Origin: the human T2T-CHM13v2.0 reference genome, Homo sapiens
Length of the DNA: 64,000 bases
NCBI RefSeq assembly: GCF_009914755.1
Contig: NC_060927.1
Strand: one strand, 5' to 3'
The first letter of the stretch is position 1, and each line of letters opens with the position of its first letter. Below are positions 1 to 13,508 of this stretch, in pieces. The notes under the pieces are model-generated. The model did not search any database. It was not told the origin of the DNA and worked only from the letters and a program-made list of their open reading frames with translations. The position numbers and the translations under genes are program-made.

Positions 1-546
1 TATTAAAGTGATGGGAATATAGAGCATAATAAATTCTCATTCTATTTGTGAATAATTTTCCTGAGATTTAATAGAATGAAAACAGCCTAATTTTAGTTTG
101 AAGATGACCTTCCTCAGTGTCTTGAAACTGAACTCTTGTAGTGAGTGGCCTTTTGAATTCAAGCCTTTAACTTTGGATCTTGGCACATGGGTATCAAGGA
201 GAAACAATTTGAGTTGGATACATCATAATACTTTTTATTAGCATAGCCTTTGTCAATCTAGCCTCCTCAAGGTTCTTTAGGACCTGGCTTCTGCAGTTGA
301 AAAGAACAGTGTCTTCCTCCCAAGGGGCAGCTGTCTTTTTCATTGAACTTGTTGCTAGAGGAGCTTCTAGTTTTAAAGCACATACTCTTTAGCGTATGTG
401 TTAATTTCATTAACCACCAGTAAGTTCTTCTTATGCATGTGGCCAAAATAATGATATATCCCGCTTGTGGCCAAGGTGAGAACCATAGATAGGCTTGTTA
501 TTTTACTTTTCTTTCTTACCTGCAGGCTCTCAAAGATATTTTTTCT

Positions 547-767
547 CCTTAAGTTTGAGCATATTTCATGTAAATAAAAGGGATCCCAAAGAGCATCTTG
601 TGCGAACCCTTGGCTCAAGACAACCCAACCTAAAATTCATCTAGATCACCTGGACTTTTATGTTGAAAGGATTTTTCCCCCAGAATAGGACATTTGTTTC
701 CCATCTATTCTGGCTTACAATACTGAAGAGTCCCAGTCCATATTTATGAAGGAAGCAGCCTTAAAGT
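547..767 (+). repeat. Copy 1 of a ~220 bp local direct duplication
   Basis: Aligns by eye to 2039-2285, including identical blocks such as tttcatgtaaataaaagggatcccaaagagcatcttg and aattcatctagatcacctggactt. Confidence 0.9.
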
Positions 768-1639
768 GTTACCATGAACACTTTATAAACAGGCATTGTG
801 GGCCTTTGAAAAGAAAGCTGCTGATGTCTGAGTTTTATGGGAGTCCTAGCCAGCTGTTTAAGTGTTCTTCTTAACACTTAAGTATATTTTGTAACAGAAG
901 AAAAATGAAAATTAGTATATCTGCGCTTCATAATTATCATATTAAAGAGTTGAGTCGATTTTAGCAACTAAACTATTGCTCTCCAAATTTCCTTAATTCA
1001 TTAAATAAAGGGGTTAAACTAGAAGACGATCTCTGATATCTTTTCACCTTAAGGCAACAAATCTTTGTAGAGTATTTGTGAATTAAATCCTTTATGAAAA
1101 GGTGTCCCTTGTAAATGATTGGGGCATGTTGCCTCTTTTCCTTCATATTTTTAGTTTCTGCTATTCATAAGAAAATAAGAAAAATACTAACTTCCCTTAA
1201 GAGTAACTACTTAATGTCCAAAAACCCCTCAGGTTCTGCAACTATGATGCACTGATTTATGATGTTTATTTATATACCTCTCAGAAAATTTGAAATGACC
1301 AAGAGATTTACAAATGCAATGTTCAGCCAAAAATGTTTTTAACATTCTAAAGGATACTTATATTTTTATTGTTGTTGTTTTGTTATTGTTGTTGTTGTTT
1401 TTACAGCCTCCCTCCCAGGAAACTTGGATTTATTGCATGCCTACAGGAGCGCTAAGCATTGAGAGCTTTGTCTACATTATTTAGTTCTTGAGTAAAAAGG
1501 GAAATATTTTCTAGAAAGTAGGGTTTGTACCAAAGCCTTCTACCATTTAGGTGAAAAAAAAAACATAGTTTCTGATAAGTTGAATTGATTTCAACTTACA
1601 ATTATTGGAGTTTTATATGTCAAATAGAGGCACTGCTTC

Positions 1640-1900
1640 AGTATTAGATGGACAAAGATGACTAAGATCCCTGCCCTTAAGGAACTCACAGTCTGGTGGG
1701 TAATGGTAGAACACAGATGCTTTAAAGCAAATTATGATGTGGAAGGCCTAAAGATTGACACATGCACAAGGTATAGAGGGAAAATTGAAGAATGGCATCT
1801 AAGGTAGGCTTAAAATCAAATGAACACTTCTTAGAAAAGATGACAGGTTGAGTGAGTCTTAAAGGATGCCAGTCTTGTAACCTCATGCATGGGGAGCATT
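1640..1900 (-). mobile_element. L2 LINE fragment (degenerate)
   Basis: gatccctgcccttaaggaactcacagtctggtggg resembles the L2 consensus ccctgccctcaaggagctcacagtctagtggg. Confidence 0.55.
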
Positions 1901-2038
1901 GGGATGGAGACTAGTGATGAAGACTTGAGATAGGATGGAAATTACAGGCAAAACCTCCAAAGTATAGAAAGGTGCCCTGAGTCTTTCTCCAAGTAACTGT
2001 CTCTATTTTGTTATTTTCAGACCTGGTGCTTTCTTTCC

Positions 2039-2285
2039 CCTTAAGTTTGGGCATGTTTCATGTAAATAAAAGGGATCCCAAAGAGCATCTTGCCCAAACC
2101 CTTGGCTCAAGGCAAATCAACCTAGAATTCATCTAGATCACCTGGACTTGCTATGTTGAAAGGATTCTACCCCCCTGGGATAGGACATTTGTTTCCCATT
2201 TATTCTGGCTTATGATACTGAAGATTCCCCATCCACATTTATAAGTGGAAGCCACATATATAAGGCAGGAAGCAAGCCTTAAAGT
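2039..2285 (+). repeat. Copy 2 of the ~220 bp local direct duplication
   Basis: Same alignment; carries an extra ~23 bp near its 3' end. Confidence 0.9.
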
Positions 2286-3147
2286 AGTGCTTCATATTTA
2301 TAGAACTAAGTTCATTTCAATGATAAGATTATGATCATTCAATCATCGATTTTTTTTTTCTTGAATTACTACTATGTGCTGGGCCTTATGAGGTATGTGG
2401 ACTATCTATGAGAGCTTATCTTGCTGAGGGAGATAAATTAACATCAAACAATAAGCAGACAGTAAAACAGACAGCAGACAGCAAAACAAAAATTAAATTA
2501 GTTTGGCCTTAGAGTGATTAAGTCTATTATTCTTAACAGATCCAGCACAGAAGATATGAATGTCTTTGGTTCCCGTGTTATACAAGAAAAATATATCTCC
2601 AAAGTAAACATTTCCATAAAGCTGCATTAACCTCATACAGGCACTAGAATAACAGGATCAGCTTGTGCATTTTAAGATTGTAGCACTGTGCCGATGACTT
2701 TGAAGATGCGTTTATCTGTGTTAAATGAAATGTTATGCTGCCCTAACAGAATCGGAGTTGATGCTGCTTCCTGTCCTGACCCCTGTGGGTCTGTGTTCCC
2801 TGATAATTTTACACAACACTGAGGCGGGAAGAACGTAAATTCCAGGAATGCATTTATGGTTAATCTGTTGTTGAGGTTTAGTCAGACAGCCAGTGTTTTA
2901 TAAACCAAGCCTCCCATGAAATTGGGCTGGAGGAAGAGGGATCTAATAGAGCAGATAATTACCACTTGCTCTCCATTAACTCAGCCCTTGTGCCCGGGAC
3001 ACTTTTCCTTTTGGCCAGCAAAATTGGAGTGGCTTTGTCATGTTTACAGGGAGCCTGCCTGTTGGCTATTAGAGAGGGACAGAAAGAATCTGCATATAGA
3101 AACCCTGAAAGAATACACACTAGGCAACTAATAAAAATGGTCGGGAA

Positions 3148-3362
3148 CCTGAGCAGCATAGTGAGACCCTTTCTCTAAAACAATTTTTAAAAACTTAGCC
3201 AGGCATGGAGGCACACACTAGGTCCCAGCTACTCCGGAGGCTGAAGTGGGAGGATCCCTTGAACCTAGGAGTTTGAGGTTGCAGTGAGCTGTGATCGCAC
3301 CACTACACTACAGCTTGGGCAACAGAGTGAGACCCAGAATCTTAAAAAAAAAAAAAAAAAAA
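3148..3362 (+). mobile_element. 5'-truncated Alu (AluJ-like)
   Basis: End of left arm, A-rich linker, right arm with gggaggatcccttgaacctaggagtttgagg, and a poly(A) tail. Confidence 0.85.
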
Positions 3363-3799
3363 GTCTGGAATATATGGGCACTGAGGAGGTGTGAGCTTTC
3401 TCAGCGTATGCCTATTATAGAACAAACTCCTGCTTACATTTATCAGACCATGTTGCCGAATTAAATGAAACAGATGTGAGGCAGCCAGCTCAGGGCCAGG
3501 CCCTTAAGAAACCCTCAGGATTTGTTTCCAGTGCTTCTCTGACTAGTCCCCGATCCATATAATCATCATTGTTTGATAAATGACATTTTCATATGACATC
3601 CACCAGCAGGCTATCATGATTCTGGACATGGGTATCAAATCTCTGTTGAAATCTCAGAACTGTTGCTGGGTTTCTAGGTGACTAGAGGCATATCCCTTCA
3701 CTTCTTTTTGCCTTAATTTCCCCTACTACAAAATGCAAATAATGATAGCTGTCTTCAGTCCTTAATTGTTGGGGAAAAAAAGATTTTAGAAACATTCTT

Positions 3800-4156
<357 letters not shown>

Positions 4157-5849
4157 TCAATCTTAGGCTAAAATATCCAGGCACAGACAGAGGTGAGAGG
4201 TGGCAAATGAACTATTTGAGATCTTAATTGGACCAGAAATAGAAGGCAGATTACAGTTTTACCTCTCATTTACTAAAAACAAAAATAACAGAATGGAATT
4301 AGATAGCATTTTTTTCAGGTTGAAACAAGGCCACTAAAACATTAGTAGGCAAATAGAAATTTGGAAAACTCTGGGAAGAGTATCCTTGAAGATTTCACTG
4401 CATATACTTGAAAGCAAAGTAGGAGAGTGGGAGATTGCAAGCTTTTCAGGTGGTCTTTAGAAATTCTAGTCATCCTTTTTTTAAATATAAATAAATCTCC
4501 ATTTTAATACATTAATGTCTAAAGTATACCGAAAAAAAAGTTTTTTTTTGTTTTATTCCTTTATTCTTTGTAAAGAATTTCCACCATCAATAGGTATAGT
4601 GAAATTTTATCTCTTAGAAAAGGAGCATAAAAAAATTCCACCCATTAATGAAACAGTATTACAACCTGATCACTCACAAGCCAAAAAAGGTCCATATACA
4701 GCCAGGGACAGAGGGTTAGGAAATTAACCTCTTTTCTCAATAGCTGTTGGCACGTTCATGCTTAGTCGGTAAACGGGGACTCTTGCCAACATCAAAATCA
4801 GTTTAGGTATTGCACCTTCCCTGCCTCAGGTGTCCCCACATGATGCCATCTGCTTCTCCATAGACATGGTCGGACTCTGTGTTCTTGGCAGAGTGAGGGC
4901 GAATACTATCCATTTCTATTTTGAGCACCGTTCGTTCCCAAATGCCACCTGAGTAACATACGAAATTCTCTCTCTCTTTCTCTCTCTCATTCATACACAT
5001 ACACACAATCCATGGAGCCCAGGGAAATTAAGAAAAAAAAAAAGACATGTCATTTTTAATGAATATTGCTGAGCTGTTGATTTGTGATATTGTGAAACAT
5101 GTTTTGAAAGGTACCATTTGCAGCCTTTAGTAGACTACAGGTTATTTTAGGTCAGCAGGTTAGAGCATTTTGAGGAGTCAATATTAATGTGTTGCTGTGA
5201 GCCTGTAGTTGGCCTAGGGATTATAAGATAACAAGGTAGTAAATATAGAAACGTTAGCATTATCTCTTATTTTCCATCATAAATTTAAGTTATAGGCCAG
5301 TTAGAGCATTCTTGGATTTTTTTTCAAAATCAAACTGTTTTAAAGAAACATTCTAAAGCTAAATTCTTCATGTATATTACATTTCCCCCTATAGTGATTT
5401 AAAATAAAGGAACATTTAAAGATTTAACATGATGGAACTTCTTCCTTCAGTTGCACTTGAGTGCAAAAAATCAACTTTCACAATGTTAAAGCCTAAAATA
5501 CTGAAATTAAAAGTATAGTCTTCCCCAAGAATTTCTGGAAAATGCCCAGAATCTGTTGTTTGCCTTTCTAGTGCATATTCAATAAGAAGTCATAGAATTT
5601 ACTTCAATCTCATAAAAGTTCCTGCCAAGTGAACAAGACAGCTGTTGTCTGGCAGTTGAGCCGTAGAGAGTTATGTGACTTGTTCAAGTTTACAGTGAAG
5701 GTAATAATCTCTGCATTCTGGCTAAGGTCTGTGTGTATCTTTTTGCTCTTGAAAGCTTGCTCTGTCCCGCCATGGAGTACTCTGACCGGCAAGCAGAATA
5801 AAATAAGCAGTCATTGGGTATTCACAAACACATAGAACTTTGTTTTTCA

Positions 5850-6134
5850 TTTTTAAATATCTTTATTTTTTAGAGCAGTTTTAGGTTCACAGCAAAATTA
5901 AGCTGAAGGTACAAAGATACCCCTTATCCCACCTACCCCAACACATGCACAGCCTTTTCTATTATCAGCATCGTCCACCACAGTGGGACATTTGTTACAG
6001 CTGATGAACAGACATTGGCACATCATTATTACCCAAATTCCATAATTTACGTTAGGGTTTACTCTTGGTGTTGTTCACTGTATGGATTTGGACAAATGTA
6101 TGATGACGTGTTTCCACCATTATAGTATCACACA
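5850..6134 (-). mobile_element. Old L1 (L1MC-like) 3' end
   Basis: tagagcagttttaggttcacagcaaaatt...ttggacaaatgtatgatgac is typical of antisense L1MC 3' sequence. Confidence 0.7.
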
Positions 6135-6483
6135 GAGTTGTTTCCTCAGTATCTATGGGTGATTGGTTTCAGGGCAACACCCTCCCCCCTTGCCCACCCC
6201 CACAAATCCATGGAAGCTCCAGTCCCTTATATAAAATGGAATAGTATTTGCATATAACCTACGCACATCCTCCTGTATACTTTAAATCATCTCTAGTTTA
6301 CTTATGATACCTAATATAATGCCATTGCTACGTAAATAGTTGTTATGCTTTAGGGAATAATAAGAACAAAAAAAGCAGAACATGTTCAGTATAGATGCAA
6401 GCATCCTTTTTTTCCCCCATTATTTTCTATCTGCAGTTGGTTGATCCACAGATATGGAACCTAGGGATATGGAGGGCTGACTG
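6135..6483 (+). mobile_element. MER2 (TcMar-Tigger non-autonomous DNA transposon)
   Basis: agtcccttatataaaatgg..tagtatttgcatataacctacgcacatcctcctgtatactttaaatcatctctag matches the MER2 core; ends ggagggctgactg. Confidence 0.85.
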
Positions 6484-7014
6484 TGCAGAATGTTTCTTTA
6501 ATCATTGGTAAATCATCAACATTAAAACTCATGCGTGCTTATTGCCATCCGAGTGTCTTGTTTCAAGAAGATATTACAGTCAAAGCTCAAACAAGTTATG
6601 GGCAGAGCCATCAAGAATTCATTTAGACTGTAAACTTTTAATGACCCACCCAACCTTCTAACCAGTTTATTTCCCCTTTCCAAGTAAATATTCTTAGTGT
6701 AGGAGAGCATTTCTCCCCATCTTTCTTCTCTCTAAGTAAAAATGCCCGACGCTATGGGCAGTGCCTAGATTGGGCGCATTGCCCCATCTTGGTGTTTGCA
6801 GCAACAGTTCTTAGCCTGGACTCACCAGGACAGGGTGATCTTGGTCACATGCCCAGCTCTTCTCTCCAACTCAAGAAAACCTCATGGAGTGAAAATGAGA
6901 GGGATGCCATTCTGAGGACTCCTTCAGCTTTTCCAACCTTGTAAAACAGACTCATGAGCATTGGTGCTTTGTTAATAATACTCGTGTTAGAAACAATAAT
7001 ATTTACATAGTATT

Positions 7015-7230
7015 AAAAACAGTAGTATTTATGGAACATTTAATAAGTGCTAGGCATTGTCTAGTGTTTTCCTTCATCATCCCTTTTAATTCTCTCAATA
7101 ATGCTACAAGGTAGTTACTCTTATCGTACCCACTTTACAGAGGAGGAAACAACTTACCTGGTTATAGAACGCACCATTACCAGACTGTTGAGCCTGAACT
7201 CAGACCCAGGCCAGCTTACTGCAGAGCTTA
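7015..7230 (-). mobile_element. MIR SINE
   Basis: tttatggaacattt..gtgctaggcattgt...cccactttacagaggaggaaac MIR core. Confidence 0.65.
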
Positions 7231-7864
7231 TATCATCACCCAGTGTGTTGTATCCAAACTCCCTGCACAGTGGAGCCCCACAGGTGTTACTGTGCTTGTC
7301 CTCTTCTTGGTCCTCACAGGAGCCTGGGTCATGGAGCTGATGCCTCTGAAGCTTCATGGGCACAGGCAGCAGGGGATGGAGGTAGAGTAGAAGACCCCTC
7401 AGAGATATTGCCAGCGTGGGCTGGGGCTCCTGTGGTACCATAAGGGTTGCCTGTAGCTACATATGCCTCAGCCTGAACTCATACTAAAATGACTCAGTGA
7501 CTTTATTGAGCATATGGTATGTTCCAGGAACCGCTATATATACATTATTCCTTGTTGCTTTTGTCAGCAAGCGTGCTCATGTCATGAAAATAACAAAGTG
7601 AGCATTTTATTTGTATTCCTTGGCCACCAAATTAGATGAGTGATTTATGTTGGGGAGAACTAAATGTCTGGCATAGGCTGTAACAGAACATCACAGATTT
7701 AGATGGACCTGTTCCTGCTGGGTCAAAAGCTGTGAATGACCCCAGTAGCCTGGGGAGAGGCCTATATAGCAGGAACTGGGAGCCAGAGGTCCTCAGGATA
7801 CAATTCAGATCCCCAAAAGGTGACCTGTGGCCTTCCTGGTGCAGAGTTTGGGGCCATTGGATAA

Positions 7865-8085
7865 TGCCATATGCCAGGCTCTTACTGTGTCCTAGGCTCA
7901 GTGCTGAGGTTTTACCAACATAAATATTGCATTGACTCTTAAAACAATCTACGAGGTAGATGCTGTGCCCATTTTACAAATGGGAGGAACTGACACTTAG
8001 CAGGGGTGAATGATGTGGCAGTAAAGCGCAGAGCTGGTTAGAGCACAGGTCTTCCTGGGTCCAAGTCCCTGTGCTCCACTTCCTC
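7865..8085 (-). mobile_element. MIR SINE
   Basis: cccattttacaaatgggaggaactgacacttag MIR core. Confidence 0.65.
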
Positions 8086-9454
8086 CACCGACAGTGTCAG
8101 AGTTACAGAGGGGAGTGAAGGATGGTCCAGTCCTTCTCAGCAGCCTAGAGCAGGGGAGCAGCCCAGGGTTAAGCAGGTGTGACTCCTCGTGGAGTGCATC
8201 CCTATTTCCTGAGCCCCACTCGCTGTTAGAAACCAAGGTATTGAGGGCTTAGTGAGAGTTTTTCACCATTTCCTGCTGCTTTAGGTCCTCCCATTTCCAG
8301 TTGTTTTCTTCCTACTCCAGGGATCTCCTCCCTTCCCCAGGGTTGAAGCAATGCACACTGAAGTATTAATAGTAGTGATCAGCACCTTCAAGACAGCAGG
8401 ACCCTTCTGTTGCCTTCTGGCTGTGGTGTGATGTCCTAGGGCCTGTGGTGCATAAGCAGGTGGAATCTAAGCACTGACCCTGGTCATTCTACATATAAGA
8501 GGAAGAGGACTAGGAAAGCTCGACAAATGCTGTTCTCCTCTTCATGGCAAAGCCTTGCTCTTTGGAATCCTTATCTGCATTTAAAATGTGTAGTCTTCAA
8601 TCATTGTGTCTTGGGATGCTTGGTATATTTAGTTCCATCACAAAAGGCCTCTGGCTTACTTATTAATGAATTCTGAAATTAAGTTGTCTTTTAAAAAAGA
8701 TATAGGAGCAAGAAAAAAATTAACTTAGTCTTTGTAAAACAAATATTTGATGAATATTTGTAATCTCTCCCTGAGTGGTTCTAGCCACAGGGGTGTTAAC
8801 CTACAGAGCTTCCTAGAAAGAGCACCATACAAATGGCCATAAATCACTGGCCCCGAAGAAGGAAGATTCTCTCTTATTTTGCCTCCTGGAATGATGGGAA
8901 ATAATTATAGAACTGGGATGAAAGAGGAATTATATTATTCTTGTGTTGGCATATGTGCTTTTTATTATGTTTTGGTAGGTCTTTATTGTCTGATATTAGA
9001 GGAGCAAGGGGAACCAGACATTACTGTCAGCATGTACATTTCATGCTAGGGTTTACCAGAAAGAAACTTAGAATCAACAGTTATCTGAGGCCTGCTGTGT
9101 CAGAGCTTGGGGCTTTTATGTGAGCCGTCAAATTCAGACCTCACCAGTGTGTTCCAAGGAAGCGTCTCTGCCTGTACTTCACTGGCAGGACCCGCCTGAG
9201 GGAGAGTAAACAGCCTCACAGATGTAGTCCCACAGCTCATGTCTGAGGCCAACATGGCAGCCTGCTCTGCAGGGTTGCCTCTTACCATGCGGCTGACTTT
9301 CCACCTAGAAAAAAATCTGTGTTAGCAGTGATGTCCGTGGTCTCTCAGAACACACAGGGAGTCCTTTCTAAAAATTCTGTCTTCACAGCATTAAGATGAT
9401 TATAACTAACACATATTGAGTTATTATATATCAGGATTAGCCTAAGCACTTTGA

Positions 9455-9763
9455 TTTTATTTATTTACTTATTTTATTTATTATTTTGAGACAGAGTCTC
9501 GCTCTTGCCCAGGCCGGAGTACAGTGGCAGTCTTGGCTCACTGCAACCTCTGCCTACCGGATTCAAGCGATTCTCCTGCCTCAGCCTCCTGAGTAGCTGG
9601 GACTACAGGCACGCATCACCACGCCTGGCTAATTTTTGTGTTTTTAGTAGAGATGGGGTTTCACCATGCTGGCCAGGCTGGTCTCGAAATCCTGACCTTG
9701 TGATCCGCCCGCCTCGGCCTCCCAAAATGCTAGAATTACAGGCCTGAGCCACTGTGCCCGGCC
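9455..9763 (-). mobile_element. Alu (AluS-type) inserted into a MIR (MIR halves ~9395-9454 and 9764-9900)
   Basis: (TTTA)n tail, gagacagagtctcgctc...gtgcccggcc; the MIR core acagatgagaaaactgaggcac follows. Confidence 0.9.
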
Positions 9764-11920
9764 AGCAGTTTTCTTTTATTAACCCATTTAAACCTCACAA
9801 TATCTCTGAGGTTGGTTCCATCATTTCACTGATTGTACAGATGAGAAAACTGAGGCACGAAGAGGCTAAACTACTTGCTGGTGTTTCATAGTCTACAGAG
9901 CCAATTCCAGTCTCAGAAATTGCATTTACTGAGAGCCTACCAAGTACCCAGATCTTTAGGGGGTATAGAAGAAGTTTAACTAGAATCTATTTTCTTATGT
10001 ATTTAATGAATTTTTTTGTTGTAGAGAGTAAAATGACATGAAATTGGAAATGACTGTGATAAATGATTTTCATAGTATAAAAAATTGGTACCAAGTCTTT
10101 CTCATCCCTTTCATGTCATGGTTTCATTCTTGCAGTTCTCTTTCTATTCTTACCTCTTTTATTTCCTTAAGAAGAGGAAAGGGTAGGGAAAACCTTTAAA
10201 GTGAGGAAGGTGTCAGCTTTTTAATAATGTGCCAACTTGCTACCTCTGTCTTTAATGTCTCCCTGTGGCTCTTGGTCACACTTCAGAGTGAGATGACTGG
10301 AGAAAGTCTTCAGAAGGCATTAGCTATGATCATCTTGCATCATTGCTCAGCCCTTCTGACCTTGGGCCTGTGTGTTCATCTTAGGGCACAGGCCCCAAAA
10401 GGACAGGGTACATCAGTGTTTCTAGATGGCCCAATTGACACTTGATGCTTTCCTGCCTTGGGCTGTTTCACCCAAAGCTCTTAGGATTCCTTATGTCTCC
10501 CCTTCCCACCTTATACTTGTTTCACCCAGGAAAGAGCCTCTGTCATGCCCATCGTCTCCTTCCCTCCTGAAGGCTCAATATCTGGTTAATTACATGACAT
10601 AGGAATTACTTACCATCTATTTTGGCTATTTCCATACACATTCTGAGAACAAAATAAAAGAGCTCTTCTCCATGCCCCTCTCATAATTTCTTCCCATGCC
10701 CTTTTTTGGGGAAGGCAGGCCAGTCAAAGCAGTGATGGCTTTGATCAGAGCAACGAGCAGATCATGATTTATTATTGCCGGAGTAGACAGTGGGCTACAT
10801 TAGAGGACTGCTTAGACGCATGCTTATTCTAGAAAAGGCTGAAGGAAGAAAGAACCACCCCTTTCCCTCCTCTTCTCAGCTCCCTTCTGCTGGGAGCACC
10901 TGGCTGCCAGTTCCCAAGTTCCTCTCCATGGGGAATTGCAGCTCCAAGGTGGCCTCCTGGAGCTGCCTAACTCCGCCTTCACTGAAAATAAGGTGATTGA
11001 ACTGTAAAGCTGAAATCCTCTGCAGTCATGTCTCCTCCAGAGTCTTCAAGGTCACTCCCACTTTTTTTCTAGACACAAATGGGGTCATTTTTGTAATTCT
11101 AATTAACACTGTCTCCAGACATAAATAAAATTTTAAATTTCTCATTGCTATCAGCTGTTTCCACTATGTTTTTCATAAATTGGAATGCAATTTTAAACAG
11201 TTAATAAAATTCTCCAGTACAAGAGCAAAACAAGAAGTTAAAGGAACACAATAGTCTAGAAACAGAAGATTTTGATGTATTTTTAAATTGATATGTATGT
11301 TATCTGTTCTATTTAGATTACAAACTTAGAGTAATGAATTTGCTTCAGTAAATTTCTTTGTGACTGTGAGTGCTATTGCTTATATTATAATTGGGTCTGG
11401 GTCCAAATATATATTGAACTTATTTTCCAAAAGAAATACTCTCCTTAGATTGTGGCATGGCAGGAAAGCATACTGTTCCTAGTAGTCCTCTCCAAACTCC
11501 TTTAAAAACTGAGCTTTATGGCAAATTTGTAATGAAGATGTAACACTTTCACTACTTAAACCATGACTTCAATTTGTGATATAATTAAGGGCAATTACTC
11601 CTGTTAGAGATTGTAGACTAGGTTAGGCTGAGTTAATAAATAGCTGTTTGGCTCTGGCATTAGCAAGGATGTCTTCATTAGGGTAGTAATGTGTCAAGAG
11701 TGCTAAATAGGTTGCCATGGTATTTGTGGGTTTCAGCCTGGACTCTGGCTTTCCCTGAAATTAAAAATGTTCAGCCTTTAATAAAAGGCACTTCCTTACA
11801 CAGCAAAGCAGACAGAACACTAAATAGGTGAAATGACCAGGGCTCAGGAACTTGATTGCAGAGGCTGATGAATACACACGTGGATATTTTAAAGTAAGCA
11901 TTGACTCTGACAGGCTTTGT

Positions 11921-11967
11921 TAAAAAAAAAAAAAAAAGAAAGAAAAGAAAAGAAAAAGAAAAGAAAA
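11921..11967 (+). repeat. Poly(A)/(GAAAA)n simple repeat
   Basis: Directly visible A run followed by gaaaa units. Confidence 0.85.
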
Positions 11968-13341
11968 TGTTTTAGATCTGTATCTCTTCATTTTTCCATC
12001 CATTCATCCATCCAGAGGGACTGTGCTCCAGCACATGGAAAAGCTGCTGCCCTGCTTCAGAAAACCTTGCCCACACTCAGGACCAGCTAACGCACAGGGA
12101 TTAGGTCTTATTCATCTTTCAAATCCGCAGAGCCTAGCACACAGCAGATGTTCAAGAAATGTTTGCTAAATGAATACATAAATTCTGCTTACCCCTAGGC
12201 CAAATTGGCCCAAGAGTCAGACATTTTGGATTATGATTTTGTTAGTGGCCAACTTCCAGTATCTGAAGACAGTGGATTGTCCTCAGATGCTGTGACGAAG
12301 CCCTGGAAATGTAGAATCCATTGGCCTGTCTGTCTAGGAACAAGGCGTTGTGGTTGGATTAACTTATGTAGTGGTTCTCAGCGTGTCCACTGGACCAGCA
12401 GGATTCAAATACTGAATCTACTAAAGATCCTGGATGACTTATGGGAAGTTATGTTATTTCCAAAATTTTACAGTTAAACTATATTTTTTAAAAAGATGAC
12501 AGCATACTGTAGTTCTCAAATATGTTTTTATTGTGAAAACGTTGTTTTCAAGACCCTGGGGGAAAACACCTAAAACATAAGGCCTTGTTTGTTTATCTGT
12601 GTGCCTGTTATGCTTAACGTTTCATGGAAATCTTAATTAGCAGAGAAGTGTAAAATAGTCCTGGATCCGATGGGGGAAGGAGCCAAAAGCTGCCAGTCCA
12701 AACTGTCCAGCCCACCTGTGCTGTTTGTCTGTGATTTTGATGAACCTGATGGATGATTCTGAACACAGCATTTTTTTTTCTTTTTACATGTGTTCTCAAC
12801 GATCCATAATCCTAAATATCTCCTTAGCAGTTGAGGAATGGGGCTTTGAAAGCTCTTGGTAAGATCGATAAAAGTTAAAATTAAAAGCATTTCTGGCCAA
12901 ACCGCAGTTATTTGCAAAATTTGGCTAAAGAGGACCTTATTTCTCAGGTGTCCTGTTAACATTAACTTCATTGCCTAGTACATAGTAGAAGATTAGTTTA
13001 CACTACCAGATTATAGATATTAGCATTATGAAAAATTTGAAAATTCTGTTTTTTATTAGTAAATAAAAACATGAGCAACTGATGTTTCTAGAATCTAGAT
13101 CCTAATTAAAGGAGTCTCATTCCAGTCTTTATATGTGCTTAAGTTTATGTTTTTCTTTTATCAAAACATACATTTAGACATTAAGCTTAACCCTAATGTA
13201 GCAACTGGCTGATTATTAATTCAGAATGTATGGAAAGCGTTTACCAGGTTGGCCTAATCTGCTCCATTAGTTTGCATCATAATTAATTTCTTGTCATTAG
13301 TAGACGTTCAGATGGCTAATTGATTCTGCTCCTTCTTCTAG

Positions 13342-13508
13342 GTTTATTTCAATCTACAGAGGACCCAGCCACACCTACAAGGTCCAGAGACTGACGGAAT
13401 TCACATGCTACTCCTTCAGAATCCAGGCAGCAAGCGAGGCTGGAGAAGGGCCCTTCTCAGAAACCTATACCTTCAGCACAACCAAAAGTGTCCCCCCCAC
13501 CATCAAAG
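13342..13508 (+). CDS. FNDC3B: FNDC3B internal coding exon (third-from-last); fibronectin type III domain segment
   Basis: Polypyrimidine tract + AG at 13340-41 and GT at 13509-10 (AAG|GTGTGT). The 167 nt read (R)FISIYRGPSHTYKVQRLTEFTCYSFRIQAASEAGEGPFSETYTFSTTKSVPPTIK, with the FN3 motif Y-x-F-R-I-x-A-x-x-x-x-G-x-G-P-F-S. The phase joins correctly to the next exon. Not in the ORF track. Confidence 0.95.

Noticed and set aside
1368-1560. (TTG)n + tttttacag as the acceptor of an extra exon
   Set aside because: No convincing downstream donor and no FN3-like coding frame; the tract is a simple repeat.
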